From Callorhinchus milii (lineage: Eukaryota): a stretch of DNA of 64,000 bases. Shown here one piece after another: positions 1-12,502 of this stretch; within the stretch, counting starts at the first letter, position 1, and each line of letters opens with the position of its first letter. The stretch spans positions 100,566,001-100,630,000 of the forward strand of contig NW_024704743.1 of the NCBI RefSeq assembly GCF_018977255.1. Reading direction: 5' to 3'. The notes below the pieces were generated by a model that did not search any database, was not told the origin of the DNA, and worked only from the letters and a program-made list of their open reading frames with translations. Position numbers and translations under genes: made by a program.

Positions 1-577
1 AACAGGTAGTTAGTGGGAAGAAACCTTGTGAAACTCAATGAAGGGCAATAAATAGCATCTGGAACTTTGCTCCTCGCATTCACTGGCCTAATTTACATTC
101 AGCTTCAATTCATTTCCAACAAAACTTCATAGAGAGCTTATGTGAACATCTCATTTTTTAGCAAAGGTAGTCAGGATAAATTCCCTTGCCATATAACCAT
201 TGTAGGAGTAAGATAAACACCAGAGAGACTCAGTGTAAGGCATTAGCATGTTTTGTCTTTCAACGCTATTTTTAAAGGAAACACTGTTTGCTTTCGAGCT
301 TTATTTCAGTGCATTTATCACTTTGAAGATTTTATGAAAATAACTGAATAATAACATAGGCAGAGAGTTTATCCTTTGAATGCCCTTAGAGGCACAAGTA
401 ATGCTGGTTACTCATTAAAAAATATAATCTCTCTGTGGCATTCTTCCCTATCTGTGCCAATAATATACAATGTTCCATTACTTTTACTTTGAAAAATAAA
501 TCTAAATGAAACTAGAAAAATCCTGAGCATGTGCCGTGATCCAATTAATACCTTGATGTTATTTAGAAATGAATCCC

Positions 578-910
578 TTGACTCTCTGGCACCTCCCTAC
601 CTCTCTGACCCCCTCACTCCCCAATCTACCACACGACGCCTCCACTTGACTGACACAGTCCCCCGCATTCTCTGCTCCACCATCGGAGGTCGCGCTTTCA
701 GCCACTACACCCCAAAGCTGTGGAACACTCTCCCTCAATTCCACCGCCTTGCCCCCCTTCCCTTTTTCAAGTCCCACCTGAAAACCTTCCTCTTCGACTG
801 TGCTTATGGCCACCTCCCCTCCCCCTGGTTTGGAGTCAGGCTCCGCCACTGTTAAGAGCTCTGAGATGCTGCCCTGCATGGAAGGTGCTACATAAGTATA
901 AGTTATTGTT
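578..910 (+). mobile_element. L2 LINE 3' fragment (ORF2 C-terminus + tail)
   Basis: Translation LAPPYLSD..IGGRAFSHYTPKLWNTLP..FKSHLKTFLF is the typical L2 ORF2 C-terminus; ends in an L2-type tail. Confidence 0.9.
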
Positions 911-1436
911 GAATCTTGTTGAGCTATTCTGAACAGGCAGTCTCTTCACAGAGTATGCAATGGTGTTCACTGAGAAATGGAACAATTGAGCACCAACCAG
1001 TTAGCAGCAGTAATATGCAATAAATCCCTCCAGGGGAGATCACATCCTATTTCTTTGTAAACAGTATAATAGATTGGTTTATATTAGCTAATATTGTTCT
1101 ATACAGAACATCTAATACTTTTCCAATTTATTTGATATATTTATTTTTATTACAGCAGCAGATTTAGGTTTAAAATAGCTACACAAATTTCCTTTCCTAT
1201 TAGTCAGGCAGAATCAAGCATGTAAAAACTATTATTCCATGTTCATTCATACAAGACAGGCATTAATACAATAATCGGGATCTCAATTGCAATAAATGTT
1301 ACAGATAGATGAGGATTCTCGAATCATTCACAAATTTACCAACACTGACAGCGTGAGCTTAATATGGCACACACAAGATTAAGTGAGTGGGATTCACTCA
1401 TCTGACAAGGCATTGTTGGTAAATTTACTGCGTGGT

Positions 1437-1538
1437 ATAAACACAGAAGTCACTGGGAACATGCAGCAGGTCAGGCAGCATCCATGGAGAGAGGAAAATT
1501 AGTTAACGTTTCAGGTCAATGACCTTTCATCAGAACTG
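1437..1538 (-). mobile_element. Short Penelope-like repeat carrying a hammerhead motif
   Basis: Reverse complement reads agttctgatgaaaggtcattgacctgaaacgttaact..ctctctccatggatgctgcctgacctgctg; same family as copies at 31.9, 38.9 and 56.0 kb. Confidence 0.7.
1501..1537 (-). ncRNA. Minimal type I hammerhead ribozyme motif
   Basis: AGUU-CUGAUGA-A-AGGUC(AUU)GACCU-GAAACGUU-AACU: complete core, 4-bp stem I, 5-bp stem II, palindromic AACGUU stem III. Confidence 0.75.
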
Positions 1539-2662
1539 TCAATGTCAGAACTAAGTTTATGAAAAATGCCTGTTGCATTTGAAGATTTTCTTTGTCTGTG
1601 CTGCCATCCCATTTTGTACTTGGTTACCATTCATCTTGGATTTCTTAAAATAAAACATTGCTCTTCTGAGCTGGAGTGTTATGATCAGTAAGGTTGTAAT
1701 GGCAACATTAGCTCTGCATGAAACATTTCAATCCTTGAATCTCATTTTCTAGATATTGGCATTTTTGTTGTCAGATGGATGAATTATCTCGGTTCAGGAT
1801 TGCCCCACAACGTATAGCTGCAACACAATCATTCTCAGCTACAGATTCTCTTAGACATCAATTCAAAGACTGACTGCATTGCTTTGACGCAAGACCCAGA
1901 GGCAGAGTTAGCCATGCATCTTTGTTCTACATGCCTACGCAACATGAACTTTTTCTTAAAATAGACATCAAGTAGCACAAATGAATTTTTAATACTTCCA
2001 TTAGAAGAAAGCAAATGAAACATGGTGTTCAACTATTAGGATTATAAGTCAGACTAAAGAAATCATAACATTCTTCTTTTATGGTAACTTTTTTTTCACT
2101 GTGCCTATTATGCTGACAGCCTGACATTCTCCATGACTCACCAGGGTAAAAAGTTTGACTCATTTGCTAAGTCATATGGTCCAAACGTTCACTATTTATG
2201 TCCATCTCTTCATTGCATTAAACCACCATTTGCACTGGAATTTAAATAAATGTAAATTTGTATTCACATTTCACAGCTGAATGTTCCAAAGTCATTGGCA
2301 TACCGTTACCCCAAAAACACACAATATATCCAGTGAAACATTATGAGACATCCTCCTGACATGAAGGTACTGTACCAAATGCAAAGAATATTATTATTAC
2401 CATAACTACTTATTTGTACAGATCTATTCCACATCTACTTTCAGCACCATGGAGAGAGCAACTGAACAACTGTTGCATAAAGCTTGTGTGACAACATCCC
2501 CCAATTTAAAACCTTAACCATCGAAACACTTTTTTTTTTAATTGGGTAACCTCTTTAAGATTGATGTCTTGCAAATTTCTAGCCCAGATCATTAAATAGA
2601 ACTGTACAGAGTCATTACATAGTTCAACACTGGAAAGTTCTAGTTATCATAATTTGTATTAT

Positions 2663-2790
2663 AATAGAATCATACAGCACAGAAGGAGGCCATTTGGCCC
2701 ATCGTGGCTGTGCTGGCTCTTTGAAAAGAGCTATCCAAATTAATCCCAGTCCCCTGTGCTCTCCCCATAGCCATGCAAACTTGTCCTCCC
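2663..2790 (-). mobile_element. CR1 LINE 3' tail
   Basis: Reverse complement of the tail ..gctcttttcaaagagccagcacag..gatgggccaaatggcctccttctgtgctgtatgattctat, also seen at 26.7 and 56.2 kb. Confidence 0.8.
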
Positions 2791-2979
2791 CAGGACTACG
2801 AGTTCCTCGGAAAAGACTTTTAACAAGCCAGTAATAAACTAAATTGATATTTGATTATGTGTTCTCAATTAACTCTATTTTATTTCTCAAGAGCTTGGAA
2901 GTGCTGAACAATTCATTAGTGCAACATGCTGTCACTCTGCCCATTTGCACAATTGTTACTTTTTTCAAAAGGAAAAATC

Positions 2980-3300
2980 AGGTGCTATCCTTGTTCGGTG
3001 GGTAGCACTCTCACCTCTGAGTCAGAAGGCTATGAATTCATGCCCACCCCCAGGATTTGAACCCACAAATACTATGATGGCATTCTTGTGAAATACTGGA
3101 GGTGCAATACATTGTAAGAGGTTCCATCCTTCGGATGAGATTTTAAATTGAGATAAAATTGGAATATTGCTGTGTGGAGATTGGCTGTCATGTTTGCCCA
3201 CAAAAAATAGTCACTACACCTTAGAGTAAATCCTGCGAAGATTTTGAGACATCCTCTTGACATGAAAAGTTCTGTATCGGATGCAAGGAATATTATTATA
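2980..3300 (+). mobile_element. DeuSINE-type SINE (SacSINE1/AmnSINE1-like), internally deleted
   Basis: Head gtagcactctcacctctgagtcagaagg, ccttcggatgaga Deu-like segment, tail ttggctg..cagtcactacac..tgaaaag..atgcaaggaatattatt. Confidence 0.75.
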
Positions 3301-5349
3301 GCGTATTATGATAAACCAACAAAGCCATGAATTGCTTTGTGGAACTCCAACACAGAGTCTCTCTAATGTATTCCCTCTTTCCTCACATTTAAGACACACT
3401 TCAAACCATAATTTGTTGTCTGTGGTTCGGCTATCTTTCTCCTCCCCACCCCATTACAGCTCCCACCCCCAACTCAGGTGCCCAGCTAGCAGCCTCTTCA
3501 GATGACCTCTGCATGTGAAAGACACTATGTAAAGGTAATTTTTTAATATTATTTTGTAATAGTGCAATATTTTCAAATTGGATCTGCCAAAGAGAGGAAA
3601 GCTTTTGTAGTGTTGGCTTGAGTTAAGGATAAAGCAATTATGCTTGGGATCCTTTGGTCAGCAGTTTGGTTACATTTACAACAGCTTGATGCACACAAGA
3701 GCAGTTTCCTATAAAAATGCCGTGTCTCTCGGTATTAGCAAAGACCTTGTAATAATGATCCAGGAGGACTAAGTCCACACAATGACTCCAAAATACTGCC
3801 TTTCTCGAGAACCTTCAACTGTCCCTCAGATTTTGTCTCTTTATTTCTCCTTCCAAAGGCAATTCTCATTAATATTCATCTGTTCCCACATCAGATGAGG
3901 GGCATTAATTAGATTCTTATTCATGACTTGAAACATTGCTTTTACACACATTGTATATCAATCAGCATGTAAAGTGTCTATCTCCGCAAGGTAATAAGCA
4001 GTGTTAATATAGCTAGAGCACATGACAGTAATAAAACTTCATCTAACCTTCTTTGCATTGCAATTCCTCCATCAGGGTAGGAACATTTCATGCTTTATCA
4101 TATCAAAACTATTGCACATTAATAGTGTAGCGCCTGTTTCTATAACCACTTTGTGTAGACCAATGTCCAACTTTTCTGAATGGATCGTCAGGGAACCTTC
4201 CCCTCAGGTTGCACAGGAACGTCAGCCTACACTGTAAAGTCCAGTCCCAAAGTGAGTTTTCAACAATTGAGCGTCTGACCCAGAAGCTGGAGTGTTACCA
4301 ACTGAGCTAAATGAACACCACTGATTGAGCAAAACCTATGATAGAGTTAATTACACTTAGTGAGTTTGGAGAGAACCAAATGCTGTAAATCAGCCAAATT
4401 CCTTTCGTTTACTCTGTATTTTATGTCTGTGTCACTTGATTGTCCTATAGTGAATACACAAAACAAGTGCAGAGTTGCTGAAATCAGTGTAGATACTTTC
4501 AAACCACAACAGAGATATAAAATTTGCTCCTTCACGTTTACTGCCAAGGGATGTGATAAATTACACAAGTGAAAACAAATCAAACCATGAATAAATTAGG
4601 ATTTAATGATTAACAGCTGTCAACACCATTCCTAAAAATCACAAACACAATCCAGAGCTTCCCCAGATGGCTCAATTAATAATAATAATAACAATTGATA
4701 AAGTCACTGCTGAGAGTAAAAATCAGCCATGTAGCTAATCCTTGATTCTATCCCATATCTTGGCTCCTTTATTTCTCCATGCTTCGGATCCATTCTCTCT
4801 GCCTCTGTGTGCAGGGGATTCTGCTCAGACCTCTTGCCCCTGTGATCCATTTTGTCTTTTTGCTGTTACTGAAGCAGATTTAATGTGATCACACCTATTA
4901 GAATTCCTGTCAACCTGCAGGAAATGATTTCAGAAGTCAATCACTTCAGACACAAGGAATCCCCATTTGCACAAACTGGATTAATTCTTTAGGAATTCTC
5001 TTTAAAGAAATGCCAAATATTAGACCCCCTTGATCCCTTTCAGCATTTGAAGTGAATAAAAATTCAAATTTATGTGTTTATTTTTTCGATACAAATATTG
5101 CACAGATGAAGATATGAATAAAAATCTTTATATTGGAAAGTTCTCTAACTGTGGTTAAATAGGAGATCAAAACAGAGAGAGAAAAACTTATAAGGTAAAG
5201 CCCAGAAACAGAGAAGTCAACAATACAATACAAAATTACATTGTAAAGTGCCTTTCATGTCGGGAGAATGTCCCAAGGCGCTAATTAATCATAGAATTAT
5301 GGAGTAAAATTCTATGTTGTACAACAGATCAACATAGACTTATGGAATA

Positions 5350-5559
5350 AAATTCTTCCTGGATCTAGATTTACTTTATGAATGTAGCATTTTATAACAT
5401 CCAGAATTTGGCAAATTGTTGATTTCAGTTTTAACTCTGAAGTTCTTAAAAGAAAACCGACTTCAAAATTAAGTCTGTACTTAAGAATTTGCAAATTCTG
5501 AATGTTCTGAAACGCTATGTTAACAGAGTAAATCTAAACCTGGGTGGAATTGTTCACCC
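5350..5559. mobile_element. Palindromic ~200-bp MITE-like element, copy 1
   Basis: Inverted arms aattcttcctggatctagatttact / agtaaatctaaacctgggtggaatt; related copies at 17.4, 18.5 and 40.7 kb. Confidence 0.7.
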
Positions 5560-6231
5560 TAAAACAGTTAATTGCTTCCTGGAAAACTTAAGAGGATTTA
5601 TATTGGAGAGAAAGAAAAAAAAATGTGTTTTTAATCTTTCTTCAGAGCTCTGCAAAGATTTATTAATAAAAAAGCTGGGCTTTCATTGTTTCTTAACAGT
5701 AAGGTAACCCGAATGCCCTGTACTGTCCTCTGCAATTCCAGTTTAATTTTCTCTTCCCATCCAGGAGTGATAAGAGAAGCTCCTCCACTTATCTGTTGGA
5801 TAAAACTGGAGCTTAGAAGAAACACAAAAAAAACATGAAATGAGGAAAGGTCTTATATATTTTATTGAGAACTTAAGTGTCGTGAAGTGCCAAAACCCTT
5901 AGGGCTGAGCTGAACCACGGATGAATAAGCAGCAGACAAAGAACTAGATAAACACAGAAGTGGTCAGATGACTCCTCTGGGTAAAACAACTCCATGTAAG
6001 AGGAAAGAAAAACTGAGTTCAGGGTCTTCATTTGCTATTGTGATGTGAACAAAGAATTATGCTGCACAGTTCTGATTGTGGCTGATACTCGAGGAGGTAT
6101 AAAATAAACTACACTTTACTTAGGTTGCTTATAAATGGTAATTTATAACTACTCGGGTAATGTACTGGTTGTGAAACTATGCTCAGCATGAGTCACCACC
6201 TTTAAATGAGAAAGACAAATGGTTACTTTCG

Positions 6232-6480
6232 CATTGGGTTGGATGTTTAAGCACTCTCGCCTCGGAGTCGGCTGGTTGTGGGTTCAAGCCCCACGTCCGG
6301 ATTTCAACTCATTTAGTCTAAACTGACACGCTCTTGCAATTCTGGAGTGGGGGTCAGAGGTGCTGTCTGTCAGATGAAACGTTAAACTAAGGTCCCATCT
6401 GTCTGTTCAAGTGGATGTTAAAGATCCCATTCAAAAAGACAAGGGAATTTTTCCTGGTGTTCTGTTCAACGCTCTCTGAA
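6232..6480 (+). mobile_element. DeuSINE-type SINE, 5' part
   Basis: gcactctcgcctcggagtc..gggttcaagcccc..cagatgaaacgttaaac..gtggatgttaaagatccc. Confidence 0.75.
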
Positions 6481-7914
6481 ATAAAATTGGAACTCTCAGC
6501 TGATTTGTATATTGTTAAGCATGTGACCCATCTCACCAATATCTGAACAGGCATCTGACCCAAAAGAAGGAAAGACAAGAAAAGGACATATTTATTTACT
6601 GATAAGTTAATGACTGGAATAATAACAATGTAGGGCAGATCCCTGCGCCAGGCAGATACAGATGCACATGGAGATTCTCACTGTAATACAGGCTTAATCT
6701 ACACTCATCTGCACTTAACACACTTCACTCATGAATTATCCAGCAAGCTTCATTTACAGAGATAAGTACATTATACTGAAAGCCTGGGCATGATTCATTC
6801 CATTGCCACTATATGCGGAACAAAGGGTATCACATGGAATCAGGCTAAATAAAGCAATTATGTAAGAGACATACGTACACCAAGTAAGGAGTTCAAACAT
6901 CATCTACAATAATAATCCTTACATTTGTCCTGGCCAATAACCTCCCAAATAAAATTTGTGATTTACTTCATGGCTGTTTGTGGGACATTGCTGTGCACAA
7001 AGTGACTGCTACATCTGCCTAGAAATACAGTCAATACACTTTACAGTAATTTCTATACATTTCTCAGATCTTGATGACAACATAAGATACTATATTGAAT
7101 CCAAAGATTATCATTATCATAAATATACTATAAAGAATTATTACAAATCCAAAAACATGCTCAAAACAAATCAGAACACATCTTCCATTTTGTTACACAC
7201 TGTAAACAAGTTGAAACCCACCCATTGTACATTACTGTCTCGAACCTTGGCTAAAATAATGTGCATGCATCCCAATGCATTTCAGTGAATGAAAAATAAT
7301 ATTAAAGATTTTGTGTCAAATGGTTCTGCAACAGAATTTAAAATACGACTCGATGGTGTATCTGAAATCAATTGTAAAGAGTTTTACAATATGTGTACAC
7401 TTATAGATATAATCTGGGCACCAAACCATGAATCAGCCAGTATAGTGAAAGCAATAAAATAAATCCATTACATTTAATTCTCTCTCTTTTCTTGATGATA
7501 AACAACTCTTGTTAGCATCTGGATAACACTCTTTGCATTATGTTCTATCAAGGAATAGTGCTGTATGAGAAAGGATGTTTTTGTTCTTGAATCATGCACC
7601 ACCTTCCTCTTGCTAACTGTTATAGCCAATAACAAGATAAATTGAGGGGGTCAACAATTTCATTTTAGGATTTATTGTGTATGAGCCATAATAAATCTCA
7701 TCATGAAACAAACACATATGTATTAGTAATAATCCCTGTTTTCCAACTCTTGTTATTGATTGCTGCCACATTAAAAGCAAAGTTGATGAGAAGACCAATA
7801 AGCTAAATAACGTGCACCAATAGTGCAGATTATTGTAAGAAAACCAATAAGGTAAATGATGCACCAAGGCCTGTGATTTTACTTGCAAGCAAAAAATACT
7901 TCCATCCCAATATT

Positions 7915-8308
7915 AATATAATGCTTGCATTTGATGTAGGAAATCATCAAAATGTCTTGCTGTAAAGTGTAGCGTATTTTGTAGAAAAACTCAAAAGCAA
8001 TCTTGCACACAGTAACATCTTACAAACAGCTTTGAAGTAGATGACCAATTGTAGCTGGGATATTGTTGGCCAGGCCAGCAGTAGGACGAGTTTGAATAGT
8101 GCATTGAGATCTTTAACATCAACCTCAACAGGCAGATGGGACTTTGATTCAAAGTCTCATCTGAAGGATGTCAACACCCGCAATGCAGCACTCCCCGAGC
8201 ACTCCAGTGAAGTGACAGCCTAGACTATGCATTCAATGTCCCAACAAAGGATCCACAACCTTCTAACTCAAGAGACGAGCCTGCGACTGATTGAGCAAGG
8301 CTGACACC
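7915..8308 (-). mobile_element. DeuSINE-type SINE, decayed
   Basis: Reverse complement of the Deu-like body and head (tctcatctgaagga, cacaaccttctaactcaagag, ggctgacac). Confidence 0.7.
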
Positions 8309-8979
8309 CTCTCTAACGTTGTGATAAACTCAGCTTTATCAATCATTCATTTGCCCTTTTCTCACAGGTGATAAAAGATCGCAGAGATCAGAATGGCAAT
8401 TCTAAACACATTTCTTATTTCAGGTTTGACGATCTAAGCAAAGCCTCCACTGCATTTTGTGAATGCAAAAAGTGATTTCTCTGGGCTAGGCACAGGTCAT
8501 GCTAAAAAGACATATTTCAACACTAATTGGCATTAGATTGTCAATTTATTTCAGAAAGTAATTTGTGATAGAAATAAAAGCTTCTCAATGAAGCGATTGG
8601 CATTGGAGGACCACAATGTTGATGGAGAACGGAAGGGCAGTAAGTATTACTATCATTTAACCTCAGTAATAATATTTCATAATATTGGAAATGTTGGTTG
8701 AAAATCAACTTCAAATTTTGCTTCAAACTCCTGATGTTTTAAACATTAGTTCTTGAATCCAACTCAATAAAATAGAATATGGATTCTTAATCACTGGTGA
8801 TACATTTTGCAAGCAGCTTTCAACCATAAAACAATGTCAGGAGCTCTGCCATAAATAATCTAATATTTGTGACTCCAATAGTGCAAAATGATTCATCGAA
8901 TACTTGATTGGAAATTGTTATAAAAACATTACCAAATAGCTGCTGGCTAGACAGTGAATCAGTTCTAGTCAATCCTCAT

Positions 8980-9146
8980 ACAATAATGCTTGCACTAGTA
9001 CGTTGATGAAATGTCTCAGAGTGCTTCATAGATCTGCTATAAAGGATAGTGTCTTCTTTGTATGCAACTACGGCAGCCAATTTCCACACAGTAATGTCCC
9101 ATCTAACAATCATGGAGTGAATGATCCAATTTTATCTGGAGGATTT
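8980..9146 (-). mobile_element. DeuSINE-type SINE 3' part (continues at ~10668-10700 beyond a CR1 insertion)
   Basis: cggcagccaatttccacacag..ccaattttatctggaggatt, resuming as attgttggctagaacatgagcagaaactcc at ~10670. Confidence 0.6.
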
Positions 9147-10667
9147 TATCCAGATGTTGGGATATATCAATAGCAAGCTGAAATAGTGGGGTAATCCTGC
9201 CACTGTATAAACCATTGGTGAGACCATACTTAGAGTACTGTGTAGAGTTCTGGTCGCCGCAGTACAAAAAGGATATTGGAGAAATCGAGAAGATACAGAG
9301 GAGGGCAACCAAAATGATTGAGGGAATAGAAAGACTGGACTATGAGGAGCAACTAAGTAAATTGGGCATGTTCACGCTGGAAAAGAGAAGATTGAGAGGT
9401 GACATGATTGCTGTAGTTAAGATTCTAAAGAGGGAAGACAATATAGATCATGACAGGCTGTTTCCAGAATAGTAAAACCAGAGGACACGGCCTATGATTG
9501 AAGGGGGGTAAATTCAGAATCTACTCAAACACTATTTCAGTGAGCGAATAGTGAACGTGTGGAACAACAACAACAAAATTTCATTTGTAGAGCGCCTTTC
9601 GCGTCGGGAGCAAGTCCCAAGGCACTGGACAGACAGAGTTAAGGACCTGAGCTGGGGTTCGGGGTGGGGGAGGGTGGAGGGCAGGTGGGGAAGCAGGGAG
9701 AGCGAAAGCACGGTCGAAGAGGAGGGTCTTGAGGTTGGTCTTGAAAGTGGCAAGGGAGGGGACGACATGGAGGGACTGCGGGATGGAGTTTCAGAGATGG
9801 GTGCAGAGTGCCGTTAGTGGGCCGAGCAAGGCAGGGGACATGAAGCAGGCTGGAACCTGCTGAACGGAGGGAGCAAACGGAGTGGTAGGGATTTAGGAGG
9901 TCAGAGAGGTAAAGGGGAGCAAGACCGTGGAGGGCTTTGAAGGTGAGGACCAGGATCTCGAACTGTATCCTCTGTGTGATGGGAAGCCAGTGGAGTTAGG
10001 CAAGGATGGGGGTGATAGGGTCACAGAGCCTAGTGCAGGAGAGGACACTGGCTGCAGAGTTCTGGATGATCTGCAGCCTGTGGAGGGAGGAGTTGGGGAG
10101 GCCAACAAGCAGAGAGTTTGCATAGTCGAGCCTCGATATAATGAAGCCGTGTGTGAGGATTTCGGCGGCCTGTGGTGTCGAGACAGTGTCCAAGCCGGGC
10201 AACGTTGCGGAGGTGAGGGAAGGCAGAGTGGGGTAGGAAGGATAGCTGAGGGTCAAACAAGACCCCAAAGTTCCGGACTGGCTTAACAAGGTGGAGTGTG
10301 CAACCATGGATTGTGAGGAGGCGCTGACGGAAACCAATCAGGAGAGCCTCGGTCTTGTTGACGTTCAACTGAAGAAAGTTAGCTCTCATCCAGGACTTGA
10401 TATCCGACAGAGATTCTGTCAGCACAGCAGTGATCTTGGAGTCAAGGGTGGAGGCAGAGAGGTAGAGTTGGAACAGTCTCTCTTGAGAGACGGTTGAAGC
10501 AGAAAGCGTTGATTCTTTCAAACAGATTAGATTATTTTCTTTTAGGAAATAACATTATGGGATATAGTACATAACTAGTTCAGGACATATGTGCATGCGA
10601 CCGCCAGGAAGATGGAAGGCGAACTAGATGGACCTTGGTCTTTTTTCGTCTAGCATTTCTTATGTTA
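9147..10667 (+). mobile_element. CR1 LINE 3' fragment interrupted by an L2
   Basis: ORF 9215-9472 [41 protein letters not shown] is the CR1 ORF2 C-terminus; ..VNVWN|SLS*ETVEAESVDSFK resumes after the insertion. Confidence 0.92.
9567..10468 (-). mobile_element. L2 LINE 3' fragment inserted in CR1
   Basis: ORFs QLYLS..DIKSWMRANFLQLNVNKTEALL and SRLDYANSLLVGLP..LQIIQNSAA; (GTT)n tail; tggaaca duplicated at 9560-9566 and 10469-10475. Confidence 0.92.
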
Positions 10668-11760
10668 TTATTGTTGGCTAGAACATGAGCAGAAACTCCA
10701 GACAGTTAAAACATCTATTCCAGTGTAAAGAGCCACAGCAATGGCCTACACAATAAGAGATGGATATTCAATTATTTGCTTTAGTCTCTTCTCGTCTCAC
10801 TTTGTTTCCACTTTTTCCTCTACTCCAGATTATGGAAATGCTTCTGAAATTTAGTTACGGCAAATTAACCTGGTGCTTCTGTGCTCCTGTGTCATTTACT
10901 GTTGCTGAGAATAAAGCTTTAAATGGATCAATAGCACCAGAGTCTGCAACCTACTTTAATATTTGAAAAATACTCAGTACTGTTGTTGAGTTATGATGGT
11001 ATCCCAGGAAACAATATTCAAATGTTGCACTTTGAGGCCAGCAATCCAATGGCTTCTTCTGGCTGACTTCAGATCCAACAATTGTGCTGAAGTTACAGCG
11101 GTGAACAAAGGGAGAAAGGAAGGAGCGGGAGAGGGGGGAGGAAAGGAGAGGAAAGGGGATAATTAGCACAAGTGACAATTTTCACAGCACACCTCACAAT
11201 TTTCACCCCCTAACTGTAGTGAGGTAATGCAGATTTTGCCTGTTCCCATTTCGTTGTACTTATTTAATATTTTGCTATTTACTGATAATATCTTACATGC
11301 TTTAGTGACCCTTGTCATTCGACTCTGTGTTACTTGAACAACCTGGGGTATTCTATCTTTATTGCTGCATTCTCTTCCTGGCTATAAGGACATGTTTCAT
11401 AAATAGCAAAAACAAAAGCATTGCTGGCGTATCATCATTAATCTTTCTTTTGTTTTTTGTGATTTTTTCAGCAAGGCAGGCTCACCATGGAATGAGAAAT
11501 GAGTCATTTTAATCTTACTGTATTCAAATAACATTTTTCAATTCATAATTTCCTGTTATTTTTACCATCTGAGAATAGATCAAATCAGGGCTTATCCAAG
11601 CTCTGAAACAGCTGATGGTGCAAGTTTCTAATTTGTGCTGATTTCAGTCTGACAGAATTAATTGTGAGATAGTCAACATTGTGCAGAATTTTCCCATTGG
11701 GCTGCAATCAATAAAACCATGATGCTTCAATTCGCAATAGCTCACAAAAGGTACTGATAT

Positions 11761-12080
11761 TAATAATAATAATAATCCTTGCATTTGATATAGCGCTTTT
11801 CACGTCGGGAGGACGTCCCAAAGCGCTTCACAGAACACACTGTAAAGTGAACTGACTGTATATTTGTGGGCGAACGCGGCAGCCAATTGCACACAGCAAT
11901 GTCCCACAAACAGTCGTAGATTGAAAATGACCAATTTATTATTGTTTTTTGGTTTTGGAGGGATTATTATTAGGCGTGTGGAGTAAGGAAACTTGCCCAA
12001 GGTTTCGCCCTGCCTGGAATTGAACTCAGGTCTCTCGCTTGCAAAGCGAGTGTTCTAACCACTGAGCTACAAGACTCCAC
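11761..12080 (-). mobile_element. Young tRNA-Ala-headed SINE with L2-type tail
   Basis: Near-identical reverse complement of 52431-52743; (TTA)n tail. Confidence 0.9.
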
Positions 12081-12109
12081 AAATGAATGATGAACAAGGA
12101 CCTTCATTT

Positions 12110-12502
12110 CTGAGCCTGGCTCAGTTGCTCGCCTTTGAGTCAGAAGGTATGGCTTGGAACTGACACAGTCTATGCTGAAACTTGAATGCAGTACTGGGAA
12201 GTATGCTGCATTGTCATCTTTCAGATAAAACATTAAAACAAAGTCCCGTCTGCCTGTTCAAGTGGATATTAATGATCCCACGCCACTATTTGGAAAGAGA
12301 ATGGAGTTTTCCCCAGTGTACTGGTCAACAATCTCTCAAATAAAAGTGATCATTCACTTTGTAGCTGTTTGTGGGACATTCCTGTGCACAAATTGTCTGC
12401 CATGTTCACTATACTTCACACTAGTATCCTGCCAAGAGCTTTGTGACTTCCTGATGATGTGATAATGCCCAATACTAAATGCAAGACTAATATTATTATT
12501 AT
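12110..12502 (+). mobile_element. DeuSINE-type SINE
   Basis: agcctggctcagttg..tgagtcagaagg..gtctgcctgttcaagtggatattaatgatccc..aaatgcaagactaatattattatt. Confidence 0.75.

Noticed and set aside
1560..2060. Possible decayed coding exon on the minus strand
   Set aside because: Stops in every frame and no recognisable homology
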